Shown here in pieces: positions 42,086-55,790 of a stretch of DNA of 64,000 nt. Source of the DNA: Tubiluchus corallicola (lineage: Eukaryota > Animalia > Priapulida); the NCBI GenBank assembly GCA_030141605.1, contig JAQGDQ010000283.1:1-64000 (forward strand), in the 5' to 3' direction. Positions within the stretch are counted from its first letter, which is position 1, and each line of letters starts with the position of its first letter. A program made the position numbers and the translations under genes. The notes below the pieces were generated by a model that was not told the origin of the DNA, searched no databases, and was given only the letters and a program-made list of their open reading frames with translations.

Positions 42086-42736
42086 TCACACCACTACAAT
42101 CTGTGGAACTGGAGGAGCTATTAACGCCTTGATGCTAAACCAACACTGTGCAGAAGATATCACAAATTCTGACAAAGCAAAAACCAACATGATACACGAG
42201 GTCATGTTGATCCGACTTTGTGCCAGCTTTACCAGATTTGCCGTCGTCGTCGGTGTCGAATCGTTTGGATCATGAAGCTGTGCCATCAGCTGGTCAGTCA
42301 CCTTGGCCAGCTGCAATACGTTCAGACCTGGTATATTGGCAATAACGACTGTTATTGATGTTAATGATAGCAACAGCGTAAGCGCTAACAGCCATTTCAC
42401 ATAGGTCCTCTTTGGTTGCGTCAGGGCTTCAGCTGCGATCACACCACTGATTAGCGATAGGATGCCAATAAAAAAGCCGCCCGTAAAAATCATTTGAATG
42501 CTTTCTACTTGGGACAGAAGTATTCCATCTGGTACCATACACAGAACACCAGCTAGTACCATTAAAGATATCAGAGGGTGTGTCCATGCGTGGGAACCGT
42601 AGTTTGTGATATTAGTCGTTTGTGGAATAGCAAAAGAGGGCGGTTCCATATCGCATTTCTGGGGTTTCCACTCCTGCAAATCTACTCCAGGCACAGTAAG
42701 ATGACCAGCGAACCCATTGATTGGATACTGACTCAT
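42086..42736 (-). CDS. MS4A/CD20-like four-transmembrane protein 2 (216 aa)
   Basis: ATG-to-stop ORF preceded by acceptor ttttgtgtttcag| at 42772/42771. Four TM segments; TM4 LVFALSEFVISSAQCWFSIKAL resembles the MS4A TM4 pattern with an intramembrane Glu. ANIPG after TM3 matches ANVPG in paralogue 1. Confidence 0.85.
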   Translation of the reverse strand: MSQYPINGFAGHLTVPGVDLQEWKPQKCDMEPPSFAIPQTTNITNYGSHAWTHPLISLMVLAGVLCMVPDGILLSQVESIQMIFTGGFFIGILSLISGVIAAEALTQPKRTYVKWLLALTLLLSLTSITVVIANIPGLNVLQLAKVTDQLMAQLHDPNDSTPTTTANLVKLAQSRINMTSCIMLVFALSEFVISSAQCWFSIKALIAPPVPQIVVV

Positions 42737-45050
42737 TTTCCTTGCTTAACTGGCAAAATTTCAACACGTTTCTGAAACACAAAAATACCAGTGTCAAGTC
42801 AATATGAAAATCAAGTAAATAATTTTGGAAGATGTAAGCCTTAAATAATTTAATTTGCGAATTTATGAAGTGACGATGATGGTAGTGATGATGACGGCGA
42901 TGACGTTGAAAGCAATACTGCTAATAGAGACAATGACGGCGGTGGTAACGAGGACAAAGATTATGACGATGATGATGACCGTAGAAAAGGTGGTAATGAC
43001 ATTTTTACTTCATTTAGATTTTTTTGCTTATTTTATTTCTTCATTAATTTGGTTGAAAGATTATTCATTCATGTATCTCATAATCTTTCTGATCATCTGG
43101 TCGCTAATCCATCTGTAAATTTCCTCTTCTCAGATAATCTATTCATTCACTAACTCGTTTTTCCATCTGCTATCATCTTATTTCGTCATTTGGTCGTTCT
43201 TTCATTCGTTAATTCCTTTATTCGTTCATTTATTTACTCATCTCTCTTTTCGTTCTTTCATCTAGAGTTTACTCATAATCTTCTTTCGTCTGCACATCCT
43301 CCCATCACATTTCATGTGTTCACTCACTGCATTAAGTATGTCATAATAATAATTATATGACAGTCCTAAGATACAAAAACTTAGGTTCGATTATCACATT
43401 TCCATAATCAAATTTGTGAGAAAAATTGCTAATTGTCTACAGCAAAGATTCTCACGCGTTTCAAGACGCACTGAATAATGAATAAGTGTCGATGACAAAC
43501 AAAATCTTGATTTCTGAGAAGCCAGAAACATGACGACATTTTATGGACGATTGGAACGCAGCCACTCAGCAGATTGTACACATGAAACCAAGTATGTAGG
43601 TTAAGACATGATACATAAAAGGTTAGAGGAGGTATCAAGCACATTAAAGCATGATTCTGATAAATCCAAAGCTTTCTCTAAAAGAAAAATCCACTTAGCA
43701 GATGACAGATCTTCATATACAAAAGCGCTCAGAATGTTATGCAGCTTGCACCAATAAGGTAAAAAATGAAAAGTTTGAATCCGCCTATCCATAAATATTA
43801 CTAGTCATTTTATCTACATAAGTATCAAGTTAGGTATGTAGACTTAGGATAATGTCATAAATGCCTAATTATAACTCACCTGCTTCTTATTGCAATCATA
43901 TTCTAATCATTAAAAGCTAGACATAATTTTTATGAAGCCTCATTGCATGCGTTAGGGCAAAATGTACAGACAATTTTTCTATTGCTATAATTCTAACTTT
44001 TTTCACTATCCATTATTAGTTTTTATACGAATATAATCGAAGATAAACAACAACAACATCAACAACAATAGCAACTACGAAGATGCCCTTATGTACCTTA
44101 TGTATAAAAAGGTTGCCAAAGTGCCAAAATTGTGAAACGATGCTCCAAACGCGGCTGCAGCCAGATAGGTTCTTACAATTACGCTGATCAACTTTTTTTT
44201 ATAAAAAGGTGCGAAAATGTCCATTAATCTTTGGTAATTAGTGTCACAGACAAAGTGTATAAACCAAATTTACCTACTCCAGGCGGCAAGCAGAAATTTT
44301 AGTATTGCTAGGCAGTTCACGTACAGGGCGCAACTAACGAGAAAAAGAAGAAAACTTGTCGAGATATACTACTCGAAAAATGAAAAAAGTCATACTGAAT
44401 TTAAATATCTAAAACTAACTTTTACTCATAGAAATCGTTAACTTTTCTAAATAGTAACTAAAACTTACAATTCTGATTGATAAGACGACGTACCTCTTTT
44501 GCCGTATTGGCTATACTCACTAAGTGACTTGAGATTATAACAGCAAAAAGAATTGGGATCACAAAAACCGAAACTTAAATATTCAAAAACTCACCATATT
44601 TCTGAGAAAACAAAAATCCTTAAGCCATTATTATGTTGAAAAGACAAATTTAAGAGCATTCACTGATCACTTCTAAACCCTGCGCGTCCTCGCGTAGTTT
44701 TTAATTCGCCTTCCAGTGAGAAGCGTGGGAGAGAGAGTTGTTCTGGTTGTACTGGCTTCATCAACAGCTGAGAACTAGGGAGGATATTCCATACCCGTTG
44801 TTTTCCCAGCTCACATGTACACTGTAGCGAGAAATTAAGTAAAGCAAGGAGTTGTACTTATTTATTAGCACGCAAATGGAAAATGGAAAATTTCTCGTTG
44901 GACTGTATTTGGCTAAAAAAAGGCGAAATATCAATTAGAATTTTATTAGAATATTACAAATTATTACTACGTAACTAGCTTCAAACTTTAAAATTAACGA
45001 TGGGGAAGGAGTTTAGAATTCCCTATACAGTCGAAATATCCTAATCCGAA

Positions 45051-45070
45051 CCCTAACCCTAACCCTAACC
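45051..45070. repeat. Short interstitial (CCCTAA)n telomere-like repeat
   Basis: CCCTAACCCTAACCCTAACC; a shorter copy occurs at about 36302. Confidence 0.7.
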
Positions 45071-46261
45071 TTAATCCATTTCACGAACTAATTTCTCGTG
45101 TGTTGTGAATTGTAAATTTTAGCCAATGGGGTAAAAAGCAGTACTCTAATTAACTTTTAGAGCGCAAAAGAAATTCAGAATCAAACTACAGAGCCAAAAT
45201 TAATTAATAACGAGACATAGAAATGCTTGTTTTTTATTTTGTACGCGCAATATACTCTCCCCTTTCCTTTTGAAATTATAGCCTTCAATAAAAGCCACAG
45301 GTTATGAAATACTCTATTTAGATGTTTCAGCAGTTAACCATCCTCTGAATAAAATGTCAAGGAAAAATGGTAAGTAAACGACCCGGTAACGAGATCATTC
45401 GTGCTAGTGTATCAGAAATTCAAAAGGACTGAATAGAATGCAGTAATTTTTAGCAAAATTAAGTCTTTATTACAATAGACAGAAAGTTGGCACAACTTTT
45501 AAGCCGAAAGGGGAAATCTGCAAGAAAGTGCAACAAGATACAGAATTCTTGTTATTGAAACACTACAACCTCTACGAGTTATCTTTTTGTATCATAATTG
45601 GAAGTAGTCATGTCACTGAAGTGCCCAGGTACATACGAATGCGGGTAAACGGCACGAATGACTCACAAAAATTGGTAAATTTCGTGCCTCAAACAATATT
45701 GTTTCTACTCGACAAGTTCGGTCAGAACCTTGACCAGCTTATACTTTTAAGTACCCTTCTATGAATCTATGATGACCAATGACTTTTTAATCAGGCTCAA
45801 GAATAATTGCCAAGTATGTGCCAACATAAAAACATCTGGAGCAGTTAGGTTGGGAAGCAAGTTAACAATGGAAGGACGAAACAAGCAATGAATAAAATTG
45901 CCAAAAAATTGCAAGCGACTTCAATTTTGAGGATGTCCCTTGCACGGCCAATTCTACCAGCACGGATTTAAACTGTGTTTACCATAGCAAGAGGCAGGGC
46001 ATTCCTTCCAGCGCATTCCTACATCTCGAGTTACTTAGTTATAGATGCAGAATGAGCACTGTGCGTGCACCCAAGACAACGCATTATTCAAGCGCAACAC
46101 TCAACAAGCTAAAAAACAGGGACTAAAATGAGAAAGAAGAATCTAGTTAGTCGTAAAAAACACCAATTATAAGTAAAAACAGTGTTAAAAAGTTGAAAAG
46201 TCATTTAGTAACTCCACAAATGACGATAGCAACAGTTATAGAATCAACAACATTATTATTA

Positions 46262-46430
46262 GCGCCAACGTCGTCATCATCATTATGCTCATCGTCGTTA
46301 TCATCCTCATCATTATCATCATTTGCATCATCATATCATCGCCATCGTCATAATCATCATCGTCATCATTATCATCATTTGCATCATCATATCATCGCCA
46401 TCGTCATAATCATCATCGTCGTCATATCGT
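46262..46430. repeat. Degenerate (CAT)n microsatellite with an internal duplication
   Basis: Seen directly; TTTGCATCATCATATCATCGCCATCGTCATAATCATCATCGTC occurs twice. Confidence 0.85.
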
Positions 46431-49371
46431 ATCCTATCCTAATCATATCCTAAAAACGGAATTGATGAAGGTGAACTTACTTGTTGAACTAACGCAATCG
46501 TCACTCTCCAGAGGTTAAAGAGAAGTATAAGTCCGGCTGCAATCACTGCTGCCCATTCTTGCATACTTAAAGCCATGCCACCAAAGTGAATTTGGCAGGG
46601 TACGCGTTAACTTTGCTGCAGCTCAAAGACCGCTCCATGTTTTAATTTTGTAGCAGACGGTTTTTGTAATTTCCTGATTTGGTACTCTCAATACAAACGT
46701 TACATAGGTTTCGCCACACCGCAAGGTGTGTTACTGTGCCGTTTTAGCAGGAGCGCAAAACTAATGTGGATTTTGTAAGATGAAGCCAAGCGGTTCCGGT
46801 TGGCTAAGCGCACTGTATCTTTCTCTACTCTCAGTACCTCGGCTGGAATGATCTGGACACCAGATTCATGTGAGGTCATCATAGTACACGGGATTAAGGA
46901 TTATGAGATATTATTATTGCATGTCAAATGTCTTGAGAAAAATAAGTTTCAGACAAATAAGTCAGTGAGACATGTCTTGATAAACGACATGTATCATTTG
47001 ACGATAAATGACGAGAGAATGAGGACGGACGAAGGACAAAGCAATCTTAAATAAACAAAAAGCAAACAAATAAACAAGGCATCTTTAAAAGACTGACAGG
47101 CTTTTAAATCTTTTAATATTAAACAGCATTATAATATTAATATTAACCAATATTTAATATACTGTAAAATTAACCTATTTTACGCCGTACAATATAAAAC
47201 TGTGTATATAAAATCATGTTAGAAATTATTAAACTTTCTTATGTACATAGAACGAGTCAGCTTATTATTATTATTTGGGGCGCAAAAAATCAGTCGAGCA
47301 TTATTAGTTAGATGTAGTCACCAGATTACTACTCCCAATGATACATGACAAATTCTTGTGGCTTCACTGCGCGTACATATCTCGACTTGGCTTCTTTGCT
47401 GGTGAGCATGAGCAAGCAACGAAGTTCAGGCACGTATCTATCATAGTTATCATCAGCAAGCACCCACATTCTGTTTTTTATACATTGTAGCTGTACTGGT
47501 CATCACATTCCTGCATTTTATTAATCATTTAAGAAACATTGTAATTATAAATTGTGCACGGGATGATTCTGATTTGCTCATCTACCCCCTAATTCCATGG
47601 ACCCACTATCCACCATTTTCCTACATTTACGGAAATGTTTTTGGTACTTGGGTTCTTCCTTTATTTTTGCTTTTTTCCTTATTTCACCATTAAGGCACTA
47701 ATATAGTTACTGAACTGGCAACGAAAATCACATAATTTCTAATAACTTTTTTCATTCGACCACGCGCGACGAAAGTTGCAGACTGTGGCACATATACGAT
47801 TTTTGTGGACGAAAAATGTTGAATGAAAAAAAATCTGATGTGTGTTGGCAAAAGTTGCGTTTTCAGAAAACATTAAAAAGTCACTATGACGTAATTTTCT
47901 GTGATGGGCTCGACAATATTATGTCTGATACGTAACAGTGTAATACGAATAGAGTGCTTTCGAATTCCAAGGCGCGAATTCATAGTCACAAAACTAAATA
48001 TAAGATATAACATATATATATATAATATAACATATAATAATATACAATATTGTGTAATAGTGTAAATAATTATTATTATATTATTGTAAATAATAACAAT
48101 TGCAAATTGTGTCAAATTAGTCAATAAAACATCTGACTTTAGTAAATCTCTGCTGTTTCAACATAAATATAGCCCAATATATTTTATTGTACTTTTTGAT
48201 ATTTTTAAACCAGATGGTGCTTTCTAAACTTGGCTTCCTCAGCCGTTACATGTGCACAGTGATATACGTAAAAAGATGATTCATGAAAAACGTGAATCAG
48301 AGGTGTCATATAATAATCTCCTAGAGCGAGTTTAGAACTTGGTGGTAACCCCCCTGAACAATGACCTAACATCTGGCTTTTGGCTTCATGATTCTGCACA
48401 GTGAATTCGCTGGGAGCTGCACGTTTTTGCGATTTGCGGTTTTGTGCAAATTTTATATAAAAATGTTTTTCAGTGTCAAATTTTTGACAAAGGAAATGGT
48501 TTTGGACGACTAATTTTTATGGAGGTATGAATTATAACTTTGGTGTTTAAAGGTAAATAATTAGAAAGTTGGGCGCCTAATTAACAGCTTTGAACTTTAA
48601 CATAAAGCATTTGATATATCGATAAAGTAAAAGTTTAAGCATATTATGCTATTAATAATATTCATCTTCCATTCAATTTTTCCAAATGGCTATTCCAAAA
48701 TTGACTGCAGAAATTATGGTACCAGGTATTACAATCGGAACTCATGAAAGCGTTTTGAAATTGCAGCACGCACAAAACTTCTGCTAGTACAAATCTATTT
48801 TAATTACTTTTTTTAAATTTGCTTTGAAACCAAAGTTACTTTTCCCATAAATATAAAAGATAGTTCAACTTAGTTACTCGTTATGTCCAAACCGATGTTA
48901 GTTTTGATGTTAGACGTCTGTTTTGCTTGTTGTTAGACGTCTATCTTGCTCTCACCACTTTCTCTTGAAAGCAGTTCCAGATACTGTAGTCCAACCGGTC
49001 TCATCTTTGTTGACAAATTTTTATCAGTGCTTTATCCTTATCACTGTGAAGACCATGACGTAACCTAGTTGATTTGATCTCTTTATTGTTTTGCTGTCAT
49101 GTATTGAATGCTTTATACCTCAGTGTGGCTGCTTTTCATTTGATGATTAGCTGACTTTTTTCTGACATTCAAATTCTTAATAAACAAAAAAAAACTTTTC
49201 GGCCATAACCTAAGAACTATTACGGTTATAAGCTTGTAACTTTCGCGGCGAAAAGCTAATATATTGTAATATCATGTTAACTTTAATTTGTTTCAAATTT
49301 CTCGTACTTTTTCTCGTAATTTTTTCTAATATTATTGTAGTCTAAACTTCGGCACAGTTTTTCTACGCCAC

Positions 49372-49484
49372 CTGGGCCCAGTTTCACAAAACCGTCACTA
49401 ACTTAACGACGTCGTTATTAATAGTCAAGTATGTGGAATAATGACGTCGCTAACTTAGTAACAACTTTGTGAAACCGGCCCCAG
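49372..49484. mobile_element. MITE-like palindromic element (PIF/Harbinger-like ends)
   Basis: CTGGGCCCAGTTTCACAAA...TTTGTGAAACCGGCCCCAG, with pairing continuing through ACTAACTTAACGACGTCGTTATT / AATAATGACGTCGCTAACTTAGT. Confidence 0.75.
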
Positions 49485-49808
49485 ATGTAAATGTAGCAAC
49501 ATAGAGAATTTTCCCAACTCGATCTTTCGAGAACGGCCACGGAAACGAATGGAAAATGTAAGCTGGATACAATGTTTCATCTCATGTTTCTACTTATCTG
49601 TACCAAAATAAAAATTGTAGCAATCTTTTCCTGTATCATAGGGACGAATCAACTGCAGTTTTACCTGACAGCCAGCCTCAACTAGTTAAAGGAGCGGATG
49701 GTTTAGTCTTTTCTGATCTTTTTATACCGGAGAATAAAACACTCAATAACAACGACAAAATAAGTATAGTGTGTGCACCGTTAACTTAAAGAATTCGCTG
49801 ATACAGCC

Positions 49809-50660
49809 ATGCCAAAGACCTGCACCAGTACCGTATTTATTCATCGATCTGATTCTCACCCCCAGGCAGAGAACGATGGATACAGCGTCCCCCTGAATCC
49901 CTCCCAAAGTCTGCATTCCCTACCCGAGTCCAGCACCCACACTTTAAGCCGACCACTGCCCAGAACGCCGAGCGACTTCAACACTTTCAGCAGACCAAAC
50001 GGCTCCGTCGCAGCGTTGTCCAGAAATTTTAGTCAGTCGTCAACTTTCCCGCGCACTTTTATTCCACAAGAAGTCACTAGCGTAACTGCTAGTCCGATAC
50101 TACCTCGCAAAGCTGCTGACAATAAAGGATGTCTTAAGCGTCTAGGAGAGACATTACCAAACTTCAATATCCGTGCTTCTTCCAGAGTTAACTACCTTGA
50201 TCAGAAGAAAACACGAAGACTGTCATATGTGCAAGCTGGCGTGGGCTTGGCCTGCCTAATTGTCAACATATTGAGATACACGAAAGACCTAGTTCATCCA
50301 CTGGCCCAAGAAGGAATGATATTAGGAAGTTGCTGCATTGTTGCCGGTGCAGTCGGGCTCATCGTTGTACGAAAGCAACTCAAACTCCTTGTGATCTTGC
50401 TTCTGGGAGGATCCATTGGTCTTCTAACGTTTTCTATTATGATTTTAGCAAAGCTCATCTGGCTTCTGCTGATACACGTGACCACGTGGAGAGTTAAAGC
50501 CATTGTGTACGATATCTGCGTGTTCATGGAAATCTCCGTGGCGATGTCACTTATTGTGGTGCTGAGCAAAGCTTTATGTTCCTGCTGCGCTTCGAAAAAA
50601 GGGAAGGCAGAGTTGTCTGGTGACGGAAAGACCTTCAATATTACTATAACAACAAAATGA
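49809..50660 (+). CDS. MS4A/CD20-like four-transmembrane protein 3 (283 aa) with a long Ser/Pro-rich N-terminal tail
   Basis: ORF starting at GCCATG. TM1 LSYVQAGVGLACLIVNIL has the MS4A-like VQ..G pattern; TM2 GMILGSCCIVAGAVGLI; TM4 VFMEISVAMSLIVVLSKAL is followed by the Cys cluster CSCC. Confidence 0.85.
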   Translation: MPKTCTSTVFIHRSDSHPQAENDGYSVPLNPSQSLHSLPESSTHTLSRPLPRTPSDFNTFSRPNGSVAALSRNFSQSSTFPRTFIPQEVTSVTASPILPRKAADNKGCLKRLGETLPNFNIRASSRVNYLDQKKTRRLSYVQAGVGLACLIVNILRYTKDLVHPLAQEGMILGSCCIVAGAVGLIVVRKQLKLLVILLLGGSIGLLTFSIMILAKLIWLLLIHVTTWRVKAIVYDICVFMEISVAMSLIVVLSKALCSCCASKKGKAELSGDGKTFNITITTK

Positions 50661-53600
50661 ACAATACTGTGTGATTAAAAAGCTTAGGCTCCTGGGCATT
50701 GAGCAATGTAATAACGTAAGGCCATTATGTAATAACGAGAAAATGACGGGATTACGCATACAATGACAAAGCGAACAACGAACAATTGTGGAGGACACAA
50801 CACTTCATACAAAGCTACCATACGTGCATTCATAATAACCACCTTGGTAAACGATAAGCAAAGAAAGACAATAAAGAAGAGAAAAATGTCAAGTGTAATA
50901 GTGCAGCATTTGAGATTAAAATAACAAAAAATACATGAACAATGTCGAACATTTAACATTGAAACACATTCAAAATAAAATAATGTGGTGCGACTTAATC
51001 TGCGACGCCTTTGGAATAACAGTAATGTGAAAATGTAAAACACAAAAGAATGGCATTCAATAATACTTCATTAACAAAATGAATGTTGATTTGGTGTGAA
51101 AAATGTTTGTATGCCATATAAACGTAAAAGAGCATCTGGGTTGCACTGTTTGTGGCAATCGTACTAGATGCGCGAAGATTGGCAAATATCTAACGATATC
51201 TTCTCAATATTTACTCAAAAGCAAAATGTACATTGTTAAGGGATGAGGAAAACGGTTCAGTAACGCAGCTGTGTCAAAATAAATAATGCTGCGTGAACTA
51301 TTGCTGTTGCATTGTGTTGACTGGAATAGGTGTGTGCCCTGCTATCGAAGTGACAATGTCAAGTAACGTAGAGTAGACAGTCTTTCAATACTATTATTGA
51401 AAACATGCTATCAAACTCTGTACAGTGGAAAGGGTTTTAAGAATAGTTATCATTATAGCAAAAGGAAGAAAGCATTATTAAATTTGTTTGCTACCTGCTC
51501 TATATGATGTATGTTAATAACATCTTTAATAAATAAACTTGCTCGGGTATCATTTTAAAAGAATTTTCGTAAGATTAATTTCAGTAGGCAACAGATGTCA
51601 GCACCGTGCAACAAAAAATTTTGATGGGTTCATATTTTGTAGTTTCTGATGTGGATATATTAAAAAATATTATACGACATTCTATCAGAAATATTATTAA
51701 AAATTTGAAGCTTGTCTTCATATGCACTTCACAATTTATGACTTTTGCCAATTCACAAAACGACTTTAGTGACAAGCCTTATGAGTTATAACGATCAGTT
51801 ATCGCCTTACTCAAATGACTTACTCATTATGATCATTGAAACATTCATAATATTTTACATTTAATAAGGACCTCTGTCCTTACTACATAAAATAATGACC
51901 CCATTCGATTTCTGTAAACCTATGTTGTTTTGTCCACCGCCATCGCCAAAACAACAGTTAATGGATTTTCTTAATGTTAATTTCCGCGACGAGAGATGCT
52001 AGCACATTAACATTTGTACGTATATTAAAAAAAATCAATGCGCACTGAAAGAAAAATAACCAGAATTATTATTAAGACTTTTTAAGCTTCTCTGCGTATA
52101 CATGTTCCATCATTGTTTGTTCAATTGTTCGTGAAATGTACGATTTAAATAAATTTGAGAGGACCGACTTTAAGACCGAATTCTTACAAACAGCACCAGG
52201 TCACATGAAAATAAGCATACCTTTGGTGAACGACTCCCATCTGATTGATTATACATATTAAGCATTCCGAATGTATTATTATAAGTTTAACAATGACCCG
52301 CCGTATTGACACCTTCGTTGACCATTGTTATTATAAATGATTCACTGTCATTAAACCAGCTCTTTGTCCCCCATCCCAAGAGAAAGGACTCCCTTAGTGT
52401 TCTTACCTCTTGATTGAAAGAGGCATAATGTTAAACTTTTTAAAAGAATTTTGCTGTACCAACAGGGCATTTTTCTATCGTTACCATCATTGGCTAAAGA
52501 ACTTTACTAAAGTATTTCGTGAACCAGAGTATTGATTCAGCAAATTAATCATCCACCTCAAGCACAAGTTAACTAAACTTGTCTTGTTGAGAAAAGGGCA
52601 GTATTTTTCACGTGTGTGGTTTATTTACGCGCTTGCGTTCTGTGGCTTCATTGCCATTACCTTCCAAAGGAGAGCATCAAACTTCCTCGTGATCAAAGAG
52701 CACCGGCATCTACAATTCGCACGCTAGTCATCAAGTGCACTCAAAAAGAGTTACATTTTAGGTCAACTTGAATACAAACCTCCAGGTGAGTAGACTTGTT
52801 TTATTCTCACTGCAAGACCTAATATGTAAAATGTTATGGAAATACATTTATACTATAGTGTTCCTTTTTAAAAAGACGTAACGAAAAACAAAATGTTAGT
52901 CTGTTATTGAGAAGGCTTTCCAGTTAAATAACGCGTAATGCGTTTTCTGAATAAAGTTTCAAAATTTCATGTTTTTCTAATTTTTTTTCGTAATATTAGT
53001 TGTAGATTACGCTATTGCCAATATTCAGTCAGTCGCATACGTTGTATATGATTGACTGATATCCTGCCTCCCGTACGCAGTCTATATTATTTTACTTTGT
53101 ATACGCAATTTTTAACTAGAAAATAAAATCTATCTGTCTACCTATCATATTTTTAACTAATTTTGCTAACCCGGTTACTAGGTCCATTAGGCGACTGGAT
53201 GAGCTCGACTAAACGGCCGAAAAAATATTTAAGTAGGGTATCATTTATTCAACTACAGTAACTGTAATAATCAGATAACACATTTTAGCTGATATAATTT
53301 ATAGTACAATCAAAAGCGTTTTGTACGTTCTGCTTGTAATTCAAAACCTTTAGTAAGCGGTACTTTGTTTATTATGATATTAGCAGCTGTTATACAAAAG
53401 TGGAAAGTTTACGCAGATTGACGGACGTAATCCGTAGGAGCCTTCGTCTGGCAGAGGGACACACATTTTTACTTAAAATGTTATTTCTAAAAAATTTTAC
53501 AGAAAAATAAAGGATGTTTTCCTCTCTTATTTAGCAAAAACGACAAAACTACTCATCACAGTTACAACGTAATTGTTTTTTGAGGTAATATTTTCCGTGC

Positions 53601-54360
53601 GCCTGCCTATGCTGCAATTTGTCGTATTCAATAGAACTGAAATTTATTTTTCTCCGTCTTACAAATGTACAGTAACCATCTTCCAGTCTGCAAAGGTGCT
53701 ATAGTTTATACTTCTTGAGTACCCCACGGGTCATTTGCGGCTTGGCATCTTGTACACATAATAATAAATATATTATTAAATACTTTTATGTACAATGCTG
53801 TAATGATCATTGTGGATATATTTAATAAATAAATAAAAAATAATAAAAAAAATAGTATACAGGTAGATAGGGCCTAATTGCTAGTAATAAGTGAAAAGGA
53901 GAGAGGATAGCGAGCCGACCAAAAGATCATCAAGACCATCCTTTTAATGTAGTAAATGATTACAGACAGCACTAATGAATAATGAGGCACAGACAATAAA
54001 TTTATTTAACCAGCTTGATTTCCTAAATTAGTAGTTTCTAAAAACAACTGACGTAACTAACATATAATTTTATGTATATTTGCAGTTAGGTTGATAAACG
54101 AATGCTTGATCTAACAATATTATAAATTATTATGTTGCAGTGACAGAAAAAAGCACTAAATATAGTTTAAGCAATGATAATGCATCTTTAGTAATCTTCT
54201 ACAAATTATCAAAACAAAAGGAAGATATACATGACAACATTCTTGAGTCTAACGTTATGTGGTAATTAATTATAAAAAAATAAAACGTACTTAAGAGGAA
54301 AGGTTTTTTCATTATTAAGAGGAAAGGTTTTTTCATTATTAAGAAGCTATTTTTCCAACG

Positions 54361-54361
54361 T

Positions 54362-54405
<44 letters not shown>

Positions 54406-54650
54406 GTACACACACGTGTGTGTGTGTGAGTGCGCGCGCGCGTGCGTGAGTGCGTGCGTGCGTATATATAAATATATATGTTATAACGATGAGCGGATGG
54501 AGCTGATACGCCGATTGTCGCATACTTGAGAAGAAAACTTAAAGTGGTAAGTTTAAAATTCGAGTGGGAGTGTCGAAAATAAAGGGCATTGTCGCCTTCG
54601 TAACACACACGCACGCACGCACACACACACACACCCAAACCCACACACAC
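54361..54650. repeat. Compound (TA)n/(TG)n/(CG)n/(CA)n microsatellites near the 3' end of the LINE fragment
   Basis: Seen directly in the sequence. Confidence 0.85.
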
Positions 54651-54749
54651 TAATATGCTAATATTTAGCCATGAATAATTATTTTTTATAATTGTATTCC
54701 AGGTTAATATTCAGTGAGTTAGTTAATAATGTTAGTGCAAGTAAAAACT

Positions 54750-55790
54750 ACTTAGTTTAAATAAATGTAGATATTGCTAGTGTAATTTACTAGTAGAGTC
54801 TTTTTAAGTTTAGAAGCCATGCAAGAAACTGAGGGGGAGTCTTTAATAATTAAATCTAACTTATTCCAAAGTTTTACTCCTTGATACCTGTTAGATTTTA
54901 ACCCATAAGTTGTTGCATTATCTCGGGATAAATGCTTCCTGGTAGCTTCTCTTGTGCAATAATTATGAATATCACTGACTAGAGTAAAATAATTAGAAAA
55001 TATTTTAACTAATTCTAACTGATGTATATCATGTATTTTTAAGGCTTGCAAGACATCAAATGAAGGCGTAGCATGTTCTCGACATTTGCTAAATGTAATT
55101 AATTTGACAATTTTATTTTGAGCAACGCATATTAAATTTAAGATTGTTTTATTGCCTGATCTCTAACAGAGTACGCAGTACTGAAAATATGGATACACAA
55201 GCGAATAGTAAAGGGTTCGGAGAGTGTTTCTGTCAAGAAAATGTCGCATTTTAGAAAATAATCCAATTAGCCTGTTGAGTTTGTGCAATATAAATTTTGA
55301 GTGCATATTCCTTGTCAGTTTATTGTCAACATGTAGTCCTAAATGTTTTATGTAGCTAGTCCTTATTAAGATGCTGTCGCCCATGTGAATAGTAAAAAGA
55401 TCATTACTTAAATCTGATGAGTGTCTTGATATTAGCTTGTACTATGTCTTAGTGTAGTTGACTGTAAGTTCATGAGCCATCATACAGGAATTAATTTTGT
55501 GGAGCTCATCGTTGATACGATGTTGTAGTTGTGTCAGAAATAACAGTGGGCCAATGGTGTAACCTTGCGGAACGCCACAGGAAACAAGGGAAATGTCAAA
55601 ATTGGTATTGTTTATGAAAGTGAACTGTCTTCTATTGTGCAAATAAGAACTTTGAGACTGCAAGATTTTGCCATTTATGCCATAACGTTCAAGTTTTTTT
55701 AGTAGTATATAATACTAAACAGTGTCGAAAGCTTTTGTAAGGTCAAGGAGTGTGCCACAAGTGATTAAATTTTTGTCTAAGTTAATAAGT
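54750..55790 (-). mobile_element. Decayed, 5'-truncated LINE (CR1/L2-like) reverse transcriptase fragment
   Basis: Broken - strand frames carry KAFDTV, GVPQGYTIGPLLFL, KHLGLHVDNKL, LYYSLVYPYFQYC, HNYCTR and YQGVKLWNKL. Confidence 0.85.
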
